The notes under the pieces are model-generated. The model was not told the origin of the DNA and did no database searches. It was given only the letters and a program-made list of their open reading frames with translations. A DNA stretch of 64,000 nucleotides from the NCBI RefSeq assembly GCF_026571515.1, contig NW_026858687.1, positions 62,001 to 126,000 on the forward strand. Direction: 5' to 3'. The translations under genes and the position numbers were made by a program. Shown piece after piece: positions 53,201 to 64,000 of this stretch. Within the stretch, counting starts at the first letter, position 1; the number at the start of each line of letters is the position of its first letter. Origin of the DNA: Ruditapes philippinarum (lineage: Eukaryota).

Positions 53201-56200
53201 AATCGTGGGACCAAAGCCAAACGAGTATCTGAATTCGCCAATGCAGGATACAAGGTATCAATAAATTGTCAGATGATAGCAAGTAAATGGTAGCCAATAA
53301 CAATTTCCGTTCATAAGTCATATTTTTTAAGATATCAATCATTTAAAACGCATTCATGCGTTCAATGCAATTTCATATAAAGACATATCTCTATTACAAA
53401 TCAACATATTTTATTGCACGATTTATTCCAATTCTTGGAAGATAATTCTCATCTAAGGAGGTCACATACACGGTTTATACAAAGGATACTGTTAAACTTA
53501 TTTGAAACACAATTTCATATATTATCTGTACTATTCCAAAAAACACCTTTTGAGTCAAAGAGTGATCATAGTACTTAAGTAATGGTAATATAATGACTAA
53601 ATAATAATGGTTATACAGTTGTTTTGTTTGACAAAACTGACCTGAGACTGATTAATCTTCGGAAGTTTATTCGTAAATTTCCGTTATTCTTTTGGGTTTT
53701 AATGATAGTATAGTTCTCGATATCAAAGCCTGATGGCTTAGTACAGAGTATTATTATTATTGTATTCGCATAATTGCAAGTTCGAATCTTTTACAAACCC
53801 TTTATTGTAGATTCCTTTAATTGATTATTTCTTTTTTAAAGCATATGCAACGTAAATTGATAAATCCTTTGTTAAATTTCTAGCATTTACTTTTTTAACT
53901 TTGTCATAACTTTGATATTTTTTATTTCATGAATTTCAGTATGTTAATTCGTAAAATGAGTGATGCACAAAAAAATAGTGGTCAAGTTTTGCAAAATGTA
54001 ATAAAGAATTGTTGAAGAAAAAAACCCACAACATTTTATGATTCGAACCTACAACTTTAAATTTGACACTGAAGGAAGACAAGTATTATATTGAAAATTT
54101 AAGTTATACATATACCGTTGGAATCTTTATTTTTATACTTCGTAATCCGGTAATTACCGTCAAAAGGTCATTGAATATTCAAATGTTTCCGGTCAATATT
54201 GTCAAACAATACACACTTGATCCAAAAACTGAGTCCTTGTAGTTTGAGGGATTAACCGATTAATCACATCTCTTGTTGTCTAAAATGTACAAAGAGGAAA
54301 CACTTAAAGAAATGGATCATCATGTTGTCTTGAGTAAACATAAGATAAAACAATGTTATATAGTAACAGTAATACTAATAAATATGTGAGAGTAAATATG
54401 TGATATTGTCCTGTGTATGCTGTGCGTTGAGTAGCCTGTGTGTATACACATATGTCAATAACTGCCAACATAAGAGTGTTATATATATACAGGTTGTTCT
54501 CCCATTAGCCACACATTTGTATTTTGATCACCCCCAAGAACCAGATCCGGAGGAAAGAGGTCTACAATGGGCGACAAGATTTACTGACACTGAAAAAGTC
54601 TTTGGTTTGATGCCAGATGATATATATGCCAATTTTAACGTAGATCGATTTGGAAATAAAGTTGATTTGAACGAAATATGTGAAAATAAAGATTGTCCCA
54701 CTGTGGACGAAACTGAAAATATTCTTGGTAAGTATTAAAAGTCGGTTGTAAATTCGTATCTTCATCACTTTGGTCAAAGAAAACACTAATCTTTTTTAAT
54801 GATGTGAAAATAAATAAAACTCGCGCATCATTTTGTAATGACGCCAATGTCAATGAAAACACTCGTTTTGTTTGTACTGATGGTAAGCTACAAACAAACA
54901 TACTTTTTGTGCCCCCACTTTAGTGGCGGGCATTTAGATTTACCCTTGTCCGTCCGTCCGTCCTTCCATCCGTCCGCACTGTTTGTCCGTCCGTCTTTCC
55001 GTCCGTCCGTTCTCTTTCGTGTCGCACGTAACTCAAAAGGTATTTGACCTAGAGTCATGAAACTTTACAGGAATGTTGATCAGCATGTGTAGTTGTGCAC
55101 CTGGGTATTTTCGTCTGGATATTTTTAGTATTTTTAGAGTTATTGCCCTTGACTTAGTAAAATTTTGCAATTTTCAACTTGTGTCGCATGTAACTCAAAA
55201 AGTATTTGACCTAGAGTCATAAAACTTTACAGGAATGTTGATCAGCATGTGTAGTTGTGCACCTGGGTATTTTCGTCTGGATTTATTTAGTATTTTTAGA
55301 GTTATTGCCCTTGACTTAGTAAAATTTTGCAATTTTCAACTTGTGTCGCATGTAACTCAAAAATGATTTGACATAGAGTCATGAAACTTTACAAGAATGT
55401 TGATCAGCATGTGAAGTTGTGCACCTGGGTATTTTCGTCTGGATTTATTTAGTATTTTTAGAGTTATTGCCCTTGACTTAGAAAATTTTGCAATTTTCTA
55501 ATTGTGTCGCATGTAACTCAAAAATGATTTGACATAGAGTCATTAACCCTTAAGGGAAGGTCGCTCAGCATATATTTTTTTGCACCTTGGGGTTTCGCTT
55601 GTGGATTTATCCAGTATTTGTAGAGTTATTTCCCTTGACTTAGTGAAAACCGTTTCATTATGTTGTTATTTGTTCCTTGAGTGCTTGAGTTAGAATCAAC
55701 CAACTTTACAGGAATAATGATTCACATCATTGTGAAGCTATGCACCTGGGACTTTGCATGTGGATTTTTTTTTCAGTTTTGTTAGAGTTATTGCCTTTGG
55801 CTTACAGTAGTATAAATTTGCAATTTTCAACATTTTCATGCATAGCTCAAAAAGTATTTCACTTGTAGGCCTGAAAGTTTACAAGAATGTTGTTCAGCGT
55901 GTGTACTTATGCACCTTGGGTTTGCTTGTGGATTTATTCAGTATTTGTAAAGTTCTTGCCCTTTACTTAGTAAGAGATTTTTAGTTTTCAAAAAATATTT
56001 GACCTAGAGACATAAGATTGACAGAACAGTGGCGCGGTGGGGGCACCCGTGTCCTATGGACACATTTCTAGTTTGATACTAGTATTGCATCAGCATCAAA
56101 TTAATAACGAATGTAAACATTTGGAACATGGTTAAATCCAATAACAAAATAAAAGGAAGGTAGAAATAAACGATTATTCTCAACCAATCCATCATGACTA

Positions 56201-57607
56201 AGTTGTATCTGTGGATTACAAACACATACTTAAAATTTGCATTTTTCATCTAAACTAAATAGGATATAATTTTAATTGGTCTGAAAATTTTATTTCAATT
56301 TAAATAGGGTTACAAGCCTGTATGTTCTCAGAAACAATGCGAACTGAGGAACAATTTCATGGCATGGCTTTCCCAAGATTACTCGCACTTGCTGAAAGAG
56401 CTTGGCACAAGGCATCATGGGAAAACAAAACTGACGTTGATGACAGAAATGTTGAACGTGATCAAGATTGGAAAATGTTCTCGGATAATCTCGGATACAA
56501 AGAGCTTTCTCGTCTGGACAAATATTCTACATTTTATAGAATACCACCACCAGGGGCGAGGTTAGTTTAACATATCTTGTGATAATTGCACGCAATGTAG
56601 AAGTACGTAGGATGACAAATGAGAATTCATTATCTTTGATAACCGAAAACATGCAGTTCTCTCTTGATAGTTTAAAAGTTATCTTTTCTTGCTAGAATTA
56701 TAATCATACTTAAAATATTATTCTGTTTTATTTCTTTTTAGGATTGACGATGGAACTCTGAAAGTAAATACGAAATATGCAAATCTTCTTGTTGAAGTCA
56801 GCAAAGATAATGGCAAAACGTGGAATGTTTACAAGGAAGCTAAAATAGACCCTGGGACAAAGGTTCTTTTGCGCTCAAGGTAAAAAAGATACTGTATATG
56901 AGATATATACGAGCATCGTGAAACTGAAAGCCTATCTTAATAACTTCCCTATGTTAATTTGTGGTACAAAGAGCATCGTTTTCATACTTGCTGCAAGATA
57001 AGTCTGTTCATAATTGGCAGTAATGAAGTTAGTGGTACAACATATAATAGTACATGACTATAAATGAGTATTTAACAAAAACATCATATCAAAAGAACTG
57101 TTAAGGCTTTGATATCTAATGTCCATATAGTACATAAATATGTTTTGTACCAAGAAGATTTGTTTAGGTTTGTTTGTTTTGTATGGTTTTACGGCTTAGG
57201 TCATATAGCGCCAAAAGGTTTTCTTCGAATGTTAAAAACTTAAAGCAACACCGGGATTCAAAACCATTATCACCTGGTAGAGCTAAGAGATACATAAACT
57301 CTAGTAATTCGAATTTTACGATCACGCCGGGAGAAACGGTGGCTGTCTGAAACCTTAAAAGCAACTCCCCAGTCACAAGGAGCGTTTGTGTAGGTATCGA
57401 TCTATGTCAAAATGATGAGCAATGAACATTGTCATAATTGCATACTAGTTAGTATTTCATTTTATTTTCAGGTCAAAGACTTCTGACATTACCAGCAGAC
57501 ATATTGAAGTATCTACACCAACTGTTTCCGGTGCTGCTCAATTATGCCAACATCTAAGTCTGATTGTGTTGGTCTTGTACACCTTATCTCATCTCTTGAC
57601 AAAGTGA
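33774..57607 (+). CDS. Tandem double chitobiase / beta-N-acetylhexosaminidase (GH20), 1726 aa, with signal peptide and GPI-like C-terminus
   Basis: 21 GT-AG exons: 33774-33813, 39264-39844, 40529-40661, 41342-41757, 42225-42744, 43085-43299, 43625-43865, 44139-44394, 44858-45013, 46824-46870, 47401-47584, 47967-48457, 48915-49152, 50571-50742, 51400-51917, 52345-52476, 53176-53254, 54493-54727, 56308-56560, 56742-56879, 57472-57607. Total 5181 nt with all phases matching. Each half has DxxRNF, NKLHLHLxDDEGWRLEIP, IPExxxPGH, HxGGDE, YFDHPQEPDPEERG and FPRLxALAERAW. Confidence 0.88.
35184..35255. repeat. (AAT)n microsatellite
   Basis: Perfect AAT run of about 24 units. Confidence 0.95.
35883..36130. 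other. Assembly gap, flanked on the right by an (ATG)n compound microsatellite (36131-36210)
   Basis: N run. Confidence 0.99.
36727..37060. mobile_element. Kolobok-type non-autonomous MITE
   Basis: TTAA|AGCTGCACGCCTCCAGAT ... ATCTGGAGGCGTGCTGCT|TTAA: 18-bp TIR with one mismatch, RR termini and a TTAA TSD. Confidence 0.85.
38103..38312. mobile_element. Sola-like palindromic MITE, left terminus truncated
   Basis: Same arms as 23324-23564. Flanked by a 21-bp direct repeat. Confidence 0.85.
39105..39226. repeat. A/C-rich (AAC/AAAC) low-complexity tract
   Basis: Degenerate CAA/CAAA repeats just upstream of chitobiase exon 2. Confidence 0.8.
40932..41178. other. Assembly gap
   Basis: N run. The flanking exons splice in phase across it. 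Confidence 0.99.
44465..44628 (+). mobile_element. 5'-truncated V-SINE-like element
   Basis: TCTTCCTCCAGCAGTAAAGCTGGAAAGTCGCCATA resembles the 3' half of bivalve V-domain SINEs (from recall). Confidence 0.5.
46133..46570. mobile_element. Double-inverted-repeat element, family B (Crypton-like non-autonomous architecture)
   Basis: TTTTCTTGCATAT...ATATGCAAGAAAA pair, immediately followed by a hairpin with ~60-bp arms (46420-46566). Confidence 0.65.
49515..49725 (+). repeat. Dispersed ~210-bp repeat, copy 1
   Basis: CCATGATAACC..TATGAACACATCTG...GCTTAAGCCGGTGCTATGGGGCGTGGACGGTA...AACCGAGCCTGCAAC, repeated at 50136-50355 and 63835-64000. Confidence 0.85.
50136..50355 (+). repeat. Dispersed ~210-bp repeat, copy 2
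   Basis: Direct alignment to 49515-49725. Confidence 0.85.
54904..56073 (-). mobile_element. Full-length HINE (non-autonomous Helentron-type) element with a ~162-bp tandem array
   Basis: TTTTT, hairpin GCCCCCACTTTAGTGGCGGGC, (GTCC)n microsatellite, units starting GTGTCGCA at ~55019, 55181, 55343 and 55504, then GTGGGGGCAC, a GTGTCCTATGGACAC hairpin and TTTCTAGTT. Confidence 0.85.
57163..57400 (-). mobile_element. Degenerate SINE remnant
   Basis: (TTTG)n tail followed by GGTTTTACGGC..AGGTCATATAGCG, a typical reverse SINE 3' end. Confidence 0.4.
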
Positions 57608-58363
57608 TCCATGTTTATAAAATGTTAAATGTTGTTTGTTATGAAAGTCAGAATATATGTGTATATACTCTAAAGATGTTATTTAAAACTTGTCACCGTG
57701 ATAAAAGATCACAGTGATAAAACATCATATTTGCGCTCCAATGGCAAGATCATTGTTACAACTTTATTTTCATAATCGTGTAGTTAACTCTGTTTTATCG
57801 TTACTATGGTAATGTTACGAGGGTAATATACCCACATGTTTAATGTGTTGTTTGTTGGAATTTCTTATGTATTTGTCGTTATATATCCCCTGTACTTTTG
57901 TAAATTTGTTATATATGTACATGTCCTATATCATATATGTCAGCACACGCATTTGAAAAAAGTTACGCTTACATTATAATTACAACTTTTATATTACTTC
58001 TATATATGTCATATGATTGTACAGTTTAATTCATGTGTTAAACTTTGTTACAATAATAGTTTTCTAATCCATTTTTAAAGGATTTTTATTGACTCTTTGG
58101 AGTTGGTAGACTTTTAGGAATGCTTTAGTGGTGTAATTGCGGACGAATCTTGTGACAATCAAAATAGTGCCAGCCTGATAACTTTTCATAGAATTGTCTA
58201 AAGTGTAGTGTGAATAGATTGTGTGCAAAACAGAATCGCCATATTTAAGTTGTAGCTTGCATGACGGAATAAAACTTTTATTCTTTTTGTTTTGTTTTGT
58301 TACCATATTTAAGATGTTTAAATTGAAACATTAACTAGTTGAATATGTTGTTCACATTAAACT

Positions 58364-58501
58364 NNNNNNNNNNNNNNNNNNNNNNNNNNNNNNNNNNNNN
58401 NNNNNNNNNNNNNNNNNNNNNNNNNNNNNNNNNNNNNNNNNNNNNNNNNNNNNNNNNNNNNNNNNNNNNNNNNNNNNNNNNNNNNNNNNNNNNNNNNNNN
58501 N
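58364..58501. other. Assembly gap
   Basis: N run. Confidence 0.99.
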
Positions 58502-58719
58502 GTGTCATAGAGTCTACTAGCCACATGTTTAAGATGTTTGGGTTATTATCGTCCCGGGGAATACTTGTAGTCACTCACGGGTATCTTTATATATACTAGT
58601 CCAACCAAATAAACAAGTATTCACTGGAATCCGAAAATACTGCATGTCTCAGTAAATTAAAGGCACCAAAAGACGTCGTAAAACAATTTACGAAAAGCGG
58701 CTCTTGATACTAAGAAATC

Positions 58720-59093
58720 AGCATATCAGGGTCTTGATACACGAGATACTTACAAAGTAGTGCGCGCGACTAAGTTACTCGTGGCCGCGACATAGAATCT
58801 CGTGCGCACTACTTAGTAATTATTTAGATTATTTAGTCGTGGCACGAGTTACTATGTGGTAAGAATAAGGTAATTAAGTCGTGCGCACAAGATAATCAGA
58901 GTAAAATTATCTCGTGTGCATGACTAAGTAACTCGTGGCCACGACATAATATCTCGTGCGCACCACTTAATTATCTCGTGTGCACGACACTTAGTACCTT
59001 GTGACCACGACATAGTATCTCGTTGCCACGACATAATATCTGGTACACACGAGATAAATAAAAACGCACAACTGTCACCTCTGTACCACCGTA
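58720..59093. mobile_element. MITE-like element with ~21-bp palindromic subterminal repeats
   Basis: Repeated (A)TCTCGTGGCCACGACA / TCTCGTGCGCACGAC units ending in GTCACCTCTGTACCACCGTA. Confidence 0.7.
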
Positions 59094-59529
59094 CTTTTTG
59101 CAGCTTGGAAATATTTGTTTAATTCTTCAAATGGTGGGAAAGTAAGAATTTTTGATTGGTTGATTACATCTTCGAACAATAGCAACACATCGGCTATTTC
59201 CGTCAGTTTTCGGATAAGCTTTGATTAGGAATAATCGGCGAGGTGCTTAGAAATTAAAGGAGCAGCAATATTTCGGTACACGGTTCACTCGGTCATATTA
59301 TAGTGCTTGGTGATATTGTAGCTATAGTGTCGATGATGAATTGATGGTTTGGACAAAAAATACTTGATACTTAAAGAAATCTAAATCTTAAGATGACATG
59401 GCTTTGTTACTACTGGATCTATTCCATCTACGTATAATTTCAGTTTGAAGTCAGTCAATGATCAAAAAAGGATTTTTGAATAAAGTAAAGGAATATAATT
59501 ACACAACTTGACTATGGATTTAACATATT

Positions 59530-59705
59530 TATTTAAGCTCGATTGCGAAACAAGATCTTACAACTTATATTAATCACTTTCGAGTCCGCTTCCTGGAACC
59601 AACCTGTACTGGTGTCATATGAAGAATCATGGTCATGACCCGATTAGGGCTTGAACCCATGATCACTGGGTTGAGAGGTAGACACCTTAACCACTAGGTC
59701 ACCGT
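59530..59705 (-). mobile_element. tRNA-derived CORE-type SINE
   Basis: Minus strand reads GGTGACCTAGTGGTTAAGG (A box), GGTTCAAGCCC (B box), then GGTTCCAGGAAGCGGACTCGAAAGTGATT. Confidence 0.75.
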
Positions 59706-61034
59706 TCCCCATTAAACTTGACTATATAGAGTTGTAGTTTTTGGCAAGTGCCTTTCTCTTATCTGCCACCTATTCACATTTCAAGTCAATACCTTAGATA
59801 GGTTTCTATTGCTCTGGACAGAGACTGTGGGAAAGAAGGACGGACGTGCCATTATTTTGGATTAATGAGTTTTTTCTTTGATCTCTATGTGGCATTTTAC
59901 CATTTAGACCGACGATTTATGTGATTTCCTCATTTTTATAAAATCTAAGATCACGGACGGAATGAAGCTTATAAACGAATTGGATATTGATCCGGACTAC
60001 AGACGGACGGGCAAATACCCGAGCGTTCCATCCATATTTTTCATGAAACCCCCAAAAACACATTTTTTCCAAATATAAAACGGTTTGTCCATATATCTTT
60101 TTTTCTATTGTTATCAACATGTTTAATATATAATTGGCACGTTTTTGACGTCATTTTATTGCGTCAAAATTTAAAGAACATTTGTACGTGAGAAAATATG
60201 ACGTCATAAGCTAAATGAAGGGCTTCTGTCTCGGGGTTAAGGCTAAAAAAATTTGGAATACCCAGCTAATTACAGTAAGACGTTACTTTTCAATTTTGGA
60301 AATTTCCGACCATTTTTTGTTTTGTTTTCTATCTTGCAAATGAAACATTTAATTAATTTTATTTAAAGTTTTTAATGTACTGCATATGATTATTTAAATG
60401 AACTTTGTTTAGGTGGGTAAAAATTTAAAATATAGATTCTACACAAGAATAAAAAAGATATTTAAAAAAAAAAAGTGATTCAGTGTGATTTAGTTATCTC
60501 ACCAACCAGTACAAGCATAGTATGTAGACGAAATCACAAATTGTTTTAAACTAACCAACAAAGAAAATAAAAATGATATTCTGTATGAAAAAGCGATCAT
60601 GTAAGATCCGATAATACCATGTCTTCTCGCTACAGAAACATATTGAGACAAGAGCCATATTGACATTACCCCAACCCCAAACCAAATGTATGTTAAATGT
60701 GTTTGCTTGTTGGAAAATATACACTATGTGTTAGCAAGCAGAAAGTTTCATTTAAAAGAAAAAATAGTATTGAAAACAATTAGAAATGCGCTTTTTTTTT
60801 TCAATTTCCAAGCCTATCTTTTGGATAGTTTCGACAAAAATAGATGATACTCAGATATAATCTTCATTTTTACTCCTGGATCTATGCCATCTACGTATAA
60901 TTTAAGTATTAAGTCAGTCAATTATCAAGAGGATGTTTGAATAAAATATAGGTAAATAATTATGCAATTTGACTATGGTTTAAACATAGCCTATTTATTT
61001 AGGCCCAATTGCGAAACAAGTTCTTGCAACTTTA

Positions 61035-61305
61035 AGCTGCGGTCTCACTTACTCCCGGCAGAGCCAAGGACCATCCCGGTAAGTTACCGGGATGGTCCGG
61101 GACGATCCGGGGTGAAATTAATTTTTGCGGTCACACTTACCCCGGCAGCACTACGGTAATTCCCAACTAACCATCCAGGATGTGCTCCGGATCATCCAGG
61201 CAGAGCCCAGGTGAAGCTATGGTTTATGCAGGTGCTTCCCCGGTCGTTCCCGAAAGACGCCGGAAGAGCCCCGGTTGACTCAGGCAGAGCCCCGGTCGAT
61301 CCTGT
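61035..61305. mobile_element. Partial PIF/Harbinger-like MITE with GC-rich CCGG repeats
   Basis: TAA|GCTGCGGTCTCACTTACTCCCGGC start, internally repeated at ~61127, with multiple AGAGCCCCGG units. Confidence 0.5.
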
Positions 61306-62133
61306 CTTGCATAAGGATTTTTCAGAAAATCATCATGAATTCTGGAACATTACATATTATATTTGATAAAAATTATGTATCAATGTAATCATTTTCACGC
61401 GTTTTTAATCCACCGGGGTTGTAATGCCATCATTTTGGATTTATGAGTTCTTTCTTTGATCTCTATATATCATTTTACCACTAAGACCGGCAATTTGTGT
61501 GATTACCTTATTTTTTAAAAAAAAAAAACCTAAGATTACTGACGGAATGAAGCTGATAGACGGACTTGAGACGTTCGTCCATTACTTAAAAACCACCAGC
61601 ATAAACCGTCTGTTTAATGAGGCTTGTCAATTGTCACTTGTCTATATTGAAAATTGCCACAACAATACCAAAAGAAGCCTAAAATGTTGAAATGGACAGA
61701 CTGTCGGACAGATAGTCAAAGACTATTACAATATTTCCACCGCGAAATCGATGTTTACTTGTATACTAGTAATAATATGAAGTAAAATGATACATAAAAA
61801 TGGTAACCTAGCAATTATCGAGCAGTGAAATCGCATAGGTGACTGATTTTCATCATAGGATATTTTATTTTAGTCGAATACCTGTGTTTTCTCAAGTCAC
61901 GATCGGTTGATGCGTATACATATTTGAGTTGGTTGCTATTCATCATGGACGGATTAAAAAAGATTTTTCTGGTTGTTTGTAGGTATTATTTTATATATTT
62001 TATCTTTTAACTGTTGTTATAATATACAAACTGTGTTATGGTGTGATATATATACAGTTATTCGAGTATATGTAGATATTTTTTTTAAAAACAGTCAATA
62101 TTTCATTTTAAAGTTATTTTTCTTCTTCATGCC

Positions 62134-62469
62134 ATAGAGGATATTGAATGAGTGTAAGTTCAATACTGAATTTATTGCACAAGTTGAATAAAATTATATT
62201 CGCATAATATTATTTTATTCAACGAGTTCAATAAATTCAGTAATGAACTTATACGAATTTAATATTCTATTTATCACATACCCAAAATAAAGACAGTTAT
62301 AGACAAATGAGAGTCATTTTTCATTGACGCGCCTATAGTATAACGCTAACATTTAGCGCGGCTTTACACTATGTTTTGCATTACGATAATGACGTCACGT
62401 CAAAATATATGCACGGCCGTGCAATAACATATTTACAAGGTTGCAAAATCGGCACGGGTATGTGATAAA
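62134..62469 (-). mobile_element. Family A element, copy 3 (inverted)
   Basis: Reverse complement of 11888-12232 along its length. Confidence 0.75.
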
Positions 62470-63834
62470 CCGTTTTATTGTATACTTTGGCACTAACAGA
62501 TTAAACTTGTATGCAAAAAAGCAACACTAAAATTGTCCCTTTAAATCGCATTTTATTTATAAAAACTTTTTTTATTTTACAATGCGTACATTCTTCCAAT
62601 ATTTGACGATTATTGTCTTTTTGGGTAAAGATAACCAAATCTTCATAAAAATACACATGTTACAAAATCGTACTATTAAAAATACTTTCAAAAGACTGAC
62701 CTGGTAAACTAACAGACCGATGTAATTATAATGTATCATATACAATGTACTTCTATTCAATACAAAAAAAACATACAGATCCGACAAACATGACCAAGAT
62801 TTTAAGTTAATCTACAAAAAAAATCTATCATCTCCGCTGAACTTTAAGACGATTTTGCGTTACCAAAAAAAAAATAAAATAAAATAAAGATAGATTTTGT
62901 ACAACAGTATGAAAATGTAAAAAATATTATGTATAGTATAAAATCATATAGTACTTTACTACAACCCTTTACATACAAATATGAACGCTTTCTAATGGAT
63001 AATTCTTCAGCTATACATGTATATAAATCACGAGTGTATGTCGCTCATATCATAAAACTTGTTTTCATCGATCTTGTATTTTACTACATCTTTTTTGTAT
63101 TTAAACCGGCTTACCAGCTGTGGATCAATACATTTGATTTGTTATCACAATTCAGTGATTTGATCATTTAATGATAGTATATTTTATAACATCTGTCTCA
63201 CATGATGGCTTTCATTTCCATATTATGATACGGTGGTAGAATACAATATGATTTTGTTAAGCCATAAATGACTTAAATATCGCTTGACTTCCCAAATCTA
63301 CTAAGCTTACTACCAACTGCCCTAAGCATTTTTACTAACATACTGTAAACATATTAAACACTATTTAGGTATATATATTATTTGTATTTCAGGCATAGCA
63401 CATGTATCTTTCGCCTACGTGAGTATGATTTTTGTTTTTAATTAGATTTCAAGCAATATTTTGACTTACATAATTATATATAAGCTATGTGGGGAAAAGC
63501 TAGCCTTATTCTAGCTGTTATGGCGTTTTTCTTACGAAACCCTCACATTTCTTACTATTTAGTAGAATTCAATTAATTAATATTTCTACATGTGTGTTTT
63601 CTATATTGTATTAATTAATTTGCATAATATTGATGTATGTACTATTCTTTGCACATGTTTAAGTATTGTTGGTTAAAACAATAAATAGAAACCTTATAGT
63701 ATGGTATGGCCATTAAACACAATTTGATAATTTGTTATTCCTCGCGCGGCTGTTCATAAAAATAACTATAACTGTGAGCAACATATGCGAAACACAATTC
63801 AGTAAATTGATAAATGAGGTTTTGGAGTTCACCA

Positions 63835-64000
63835 TTTTCGTGTTAAATGTTGAATTCTGCTTAAGCCGGTGCTAGGGGGCGTGGACGGTAACTGGCACTT
63901 TCCAGTACCGTCCATTAACAGGCTCAATCAAACCGAGCCTGCAACATTTTCAGTTTTGTTGTGTTGGACTTTCTTTAGGGATTCTGTTTTACTCTATTTT
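63835..64000 (+). repeat. Dispersed ~210-bp repeat, copy 3 (cut by the window end)
   Basis: GTTAAATGTTGAATTCTGCTTAAGCCGGTGCTAGGGGGCGTGGACGGTA matches 49571 onward. Confidence 0.85.

Larger units (their letters stand above)
47401..57607 (+). other. Chitobiase module 2 plus GPI-signal-like tail
   Basis: Catalytic IHLGGDEV near 51829-51852. No signal peptide of its own. Ends STPTVSGAAQLCQHLSLIVLVLYTLSHLLTK*. Confidence 0.9.

Noticed and set aside
39264-57607. Bacterial contamination or two separate chitobiase genes
   Set aside because: Canonical introns and intronic SINEs/MITEs show host DNA. The in-phase linker exon and the lack of a second signal peptide favour one gene, pending transcript evidence.
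58720-59093. CRISPR-like array of short palindromic repeats (also 30375-30672)
   Set aside because: Degenerate, abutting repeats without unique constant-length spacers, in a eukaryotic context with no cas genes. They fit MITE subterminal repeats.

Overview
AT-rich eukaryotic genomic DNA with GT-AG introns and three N-gaps. The repeat content (Helentron/HINE-type tandem-repeat elements, Meta-, CORE- and V-type tRNA SINEs, Kolobok- and Sola-like MITEs) points to a bivalve mollusc. Left to right: an intact hAT-like DDE transposase ORF of about 837 codons (-, runs off the window, absent from the ORF track); exon 1 of a CYP4-like P450 (-), head-to-head with METAP1 (+, exon 2 not recoverable from a low-quality stretch); an intronless secreted 603-aa protein with a CBM-like N-terminus (-); a FAM187A-like Ig/TSP1 membrane protein (+) converging on a TMEM272-like gene (-); and a 21-exon gene (33774-57607, +). 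Hand splicing of that last gene gives one 1726-aa open frame: signal peptide, two complete bacterial-type (Serratia ChB-like) GH20 chitobiase modules joined by a 47-nt exon, and a GPI-anchor-like tail. This tandem chitobiase is the most notable system in the window. All gene models were spliced by eye and family names come from motif recall; no database search was run.
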